Source: a virus. Taken from it: a DNA stretch of 64,000 bases. The stretch lies in IMG/VR virus record IMGVR_UViG_3300032087_006189; one strand, 5' to 3'. Positions 62,218-64,000 of the stretch are shown one piece after another (the first letter of the stretch is position 1; the number at the start of each line of letters is the position of its first letter). The notes beneath the pieces are model-generated. The model did no database searches. It was not told the DNA's origin and was given only the letters and a program-made list of their open reading frames with translations. Position numbers and translations under genes: made by a program.

Positions 62218-62682
62218 TCAGGTGGCCACGAAGGAGATCACCGGGCACAGGACATCATCGATGCGCAGGTAGATGCCAACATAGTCACCCGCGGTCGGAG
62301 AGCTGGCGAGGGCGGACAGGCCTCCAGTGAAAGTGACCACCACAGAGTCGGATCCTGGAGCGATGGACCCACTTGCGATGCCCTGAGTCCCCACCACACA
62401 GGTGACCGTGGACGAGGCAGAGCAGCCAACACCGCCGATGGAGAAGGTCAGGGTGAAGTCGTCGCTACCGCCAGCAGCAGTCCAAGTAGCGGCCCCAAGG
62501 CCGCCAGGACGGATGTGCTCGATGTAGGGGTACACCGCGACGTCGTGCTCTTCGACGAGCTGGATGGCCTCTTCGAGAACCTGGTCGCGGTCGTCGAGCT
62601 TGCGGTGGATGCGCTTCTGGTGCCACTGATCTCCCACGGTGGGGACGGCAAGAACGGCCTTGGAGGTAGGTGCGTTGGGCAT
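62218..62682 (-). CDS. Putative virion structural protein
   Basis: Between sheath and tube; AGGAG RBS. Confidence 0.65.
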   Translation of the reverse strand: MPNAPTSKAVLAVPTVGDQWHQKRIHRKLDDRDQVLEEAIQLVEEHDVAVYPYIEHIRPGGLGAATWTAAGGSDDFTLTFSIGGVGCSASSTVTCVVGTQGIASGSIAPGSDSVVVTFTGGLSALASSPTAGDYVGIYLRIDDVLCPVISFVAT

Positions 62683-62695
62683 TGTGAACTCCTAT

Positions 62696-64000
62696 TCAGG
62701 AAACGATGGTGATGCGGATCTTGTTGCAGGGGTAGGCCGGAGCGACCGTGACTTCAATCAGAACGGTATCAGGTGCAGAGCTGTCCTGAAGCACGCTGTT
62801 GAGAGAAGCCGAGTTCACCACACCCGCTTGAACAACGCGGGCAAGGTAGCCTTCGTTCGACATGACCAGCTGGTCAATGAAGCCGGGGTTGATCACGTAC
62901 CGACCGATGTAGACCCGGTTGGTTGCGCGAAGACCCTTGGCAAGGAAGTCGATGGCCTTCGTGATCGAGAGCTCGCGCGCCTCGATGGAAGTCGACTTCG
63001 TCGAACGCTGGTGACGCGAAGCAATCCGGCCACCCTGATTGACGAGGATGTAGCGGCCACCATCAGCGATGGTGTCCATCTGGTTCTCGCTGAAGGTGTC
63101 GTCAGTGCCGTACACCTTCGAGAAGCCAGTCATCGAGACACGGGTGAAGGGCTGCTGCGGTGCCTGCTCTGCCACCATGCCGGCAATCGCCGCGCAGGTG
63201 TAGTAGCCGGGAACCGGAGTGACCACGCCGTCGATGCTGGTATCTGCGTTGTCGCAGAAGACCATGAAGGTACGGCGACTGTCGTACGCGTTGCCCTGTG
63301 CAGCAGCCGTGGAAGCAATGCTGGCGTAGTCAGGGAGCGTCGTACCGGTGATCAGCAGCTGATCGCCCCGCTGCTTGAGCACATAGGTCATGCCCGACAG
63401 GTTGGTGTTGTCCGACCAGTCCAGATCTGGCGTGTCGAAGAACCCGTCCGTGTTCTCATCCGAAGCGAATGTCGAACGCAGGCTCACAGCGGTCACATTG
63501 ACCGAGGAGACCGAGAACTTGTACACATTCGTCTCGCCGAGGGTCTCGACCACAAGCTCGAGGTAGACATTGTCGTCGATCTCGAGATCGGTCGGATCCA
63601 GCCCAAGAGCGGCAAGGCCCTCAATCGGAGTTGCACCAAGGACAACGGTGTCCTCAGAGCCGTTGACCGTTGCGTCTGCACCCGTCTGGATGGAGGTGTC
63701 CTGCTCCCGGCTGGGCTGACCCTGCCAGATGAAGGCAATCCGCTCACCGCGCTCTTCCGGAGTCGACATGCTTTCGACATGTGTGGAGTAGAGCTGCTGG
63801 ACGAAGGGATCGTCCGTCATCGGCGCGATGGCGTACACATCCTTGCTTTCCAGGAAGGTCAGCGCGGAGAGGTGTGCCGTCGTGGTACCCATCGGAGCTG
63901 CGTCGTTGACTGCATTGATACCCAGAGCCGAAACCGACTGAGTCGGAGCGTTCTGCAGCATCAGGAAGCAGGCAAGGGCCAGCGGGTTCTCGAGAGAGAT
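62696..64000 (-). CDS. Tail sheath protein, C-terminal part (runs off the right edge)
   Basis: Frame open to 64000 (ISLENPLALAC...); ERGERI, AAIAGM...PQQPFT, RHQRST...RELSI..AIDF, V.PAYPCNKIRITI. Confidence 0.85.
   Translation of the reverse strand: MSLENPLALACFLMLQNAPTQSVSALGINAVNDAAPMGTTTAHLSALTFLESKDVYAIAPMTDDPFVQQLYSTHVESMSTPEERGERIAFIWQGQPSREQDTSIQTGADATVNGSEDTVVLGATPIEGLAALGLDPTDLEIDDNVYLELVVETLGETNVYKFSVSSVNVTAVSLRSTFASDENTDGFFDTPDLDWSDNTNLSGMTYVLKQRGDQLLITGTTLPDYASIASTAAAQGNAYDSRRTFMVFCDNADTSIDGVVTPVPGYYTCAAIAGMVAEQAPQQPFTRVSMTGFSKVYGTDDTFSENQMDTIADGGRYILVNQGGRIASRHQRSTKSTSIEARELSITKAIDFLAKGLRATNRVYIGRYVINPGFIDQLVMSNEGYLARVVQAGVVNSASLNSVLQDSSAPDTVLIEVTVAPAYPCNKIRITIVS

Noticed and set aside
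1-64000. Stop-codon reassignment, as in some jumbo phages
   Set aside because: Long conserved genes (GyrB, ligase, SNF2, VWA) are intact in the standard code, all three stops end genes, and there is no suppressor tRNA here.

Overview
A 64-kb segment of a large, GC-rich, contractile-tailed (myovirus-type, probably jumbo) bacteriophage. It uses the standard genetic code and has no CRISPR array or rRNA. Core virion genes lie mostly on the minus strand in canonical order but spread over 60 kb: tail sheath (partial, right end), tail tube, a tail-assembly-chaperone pair joined by a -1 slippery site, and a tape-measure-like gene (partial, left end). Replication, repair and chaperone genes include an ATP-dependent DNA ligase, GyrB/ParE, a ParB-like protein, a MoxR AAA + VWA pair, GroES and a pyrimidine-dimer-glycosylase-like protein. 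There are also five tRNAs, a YceI/PAS-kinase/receiver operon, a putative endolysin and a Csx16-like protein. Many small plus-strand genes sit in cassettes built as GTCATAA promoter-like motif, RBS, gene, hairpin, TTAGC. Two things stand out. (1) A ~780-nt ORF-free, heavily structured RNA gene (29025-29805) has its own promoter and terminator, two predicted pseudoknots, a kissing loop and a duplicated internal module. (2) A family of polyproteins has unrelated domains (SNF2, HNH, SWIM, P-loop kinase, papain-like amidase and others) strung together by K-x-A/S linkers, and a shared F-x-x-E-(L/I)-x-K-x-A/S leader occurs on scattered genes. This suggests a protease-processed, capsid-targeted cargo system whose modules are exchanged at the linker. 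All family assignments are from motif recognition by eye; no searches were run.
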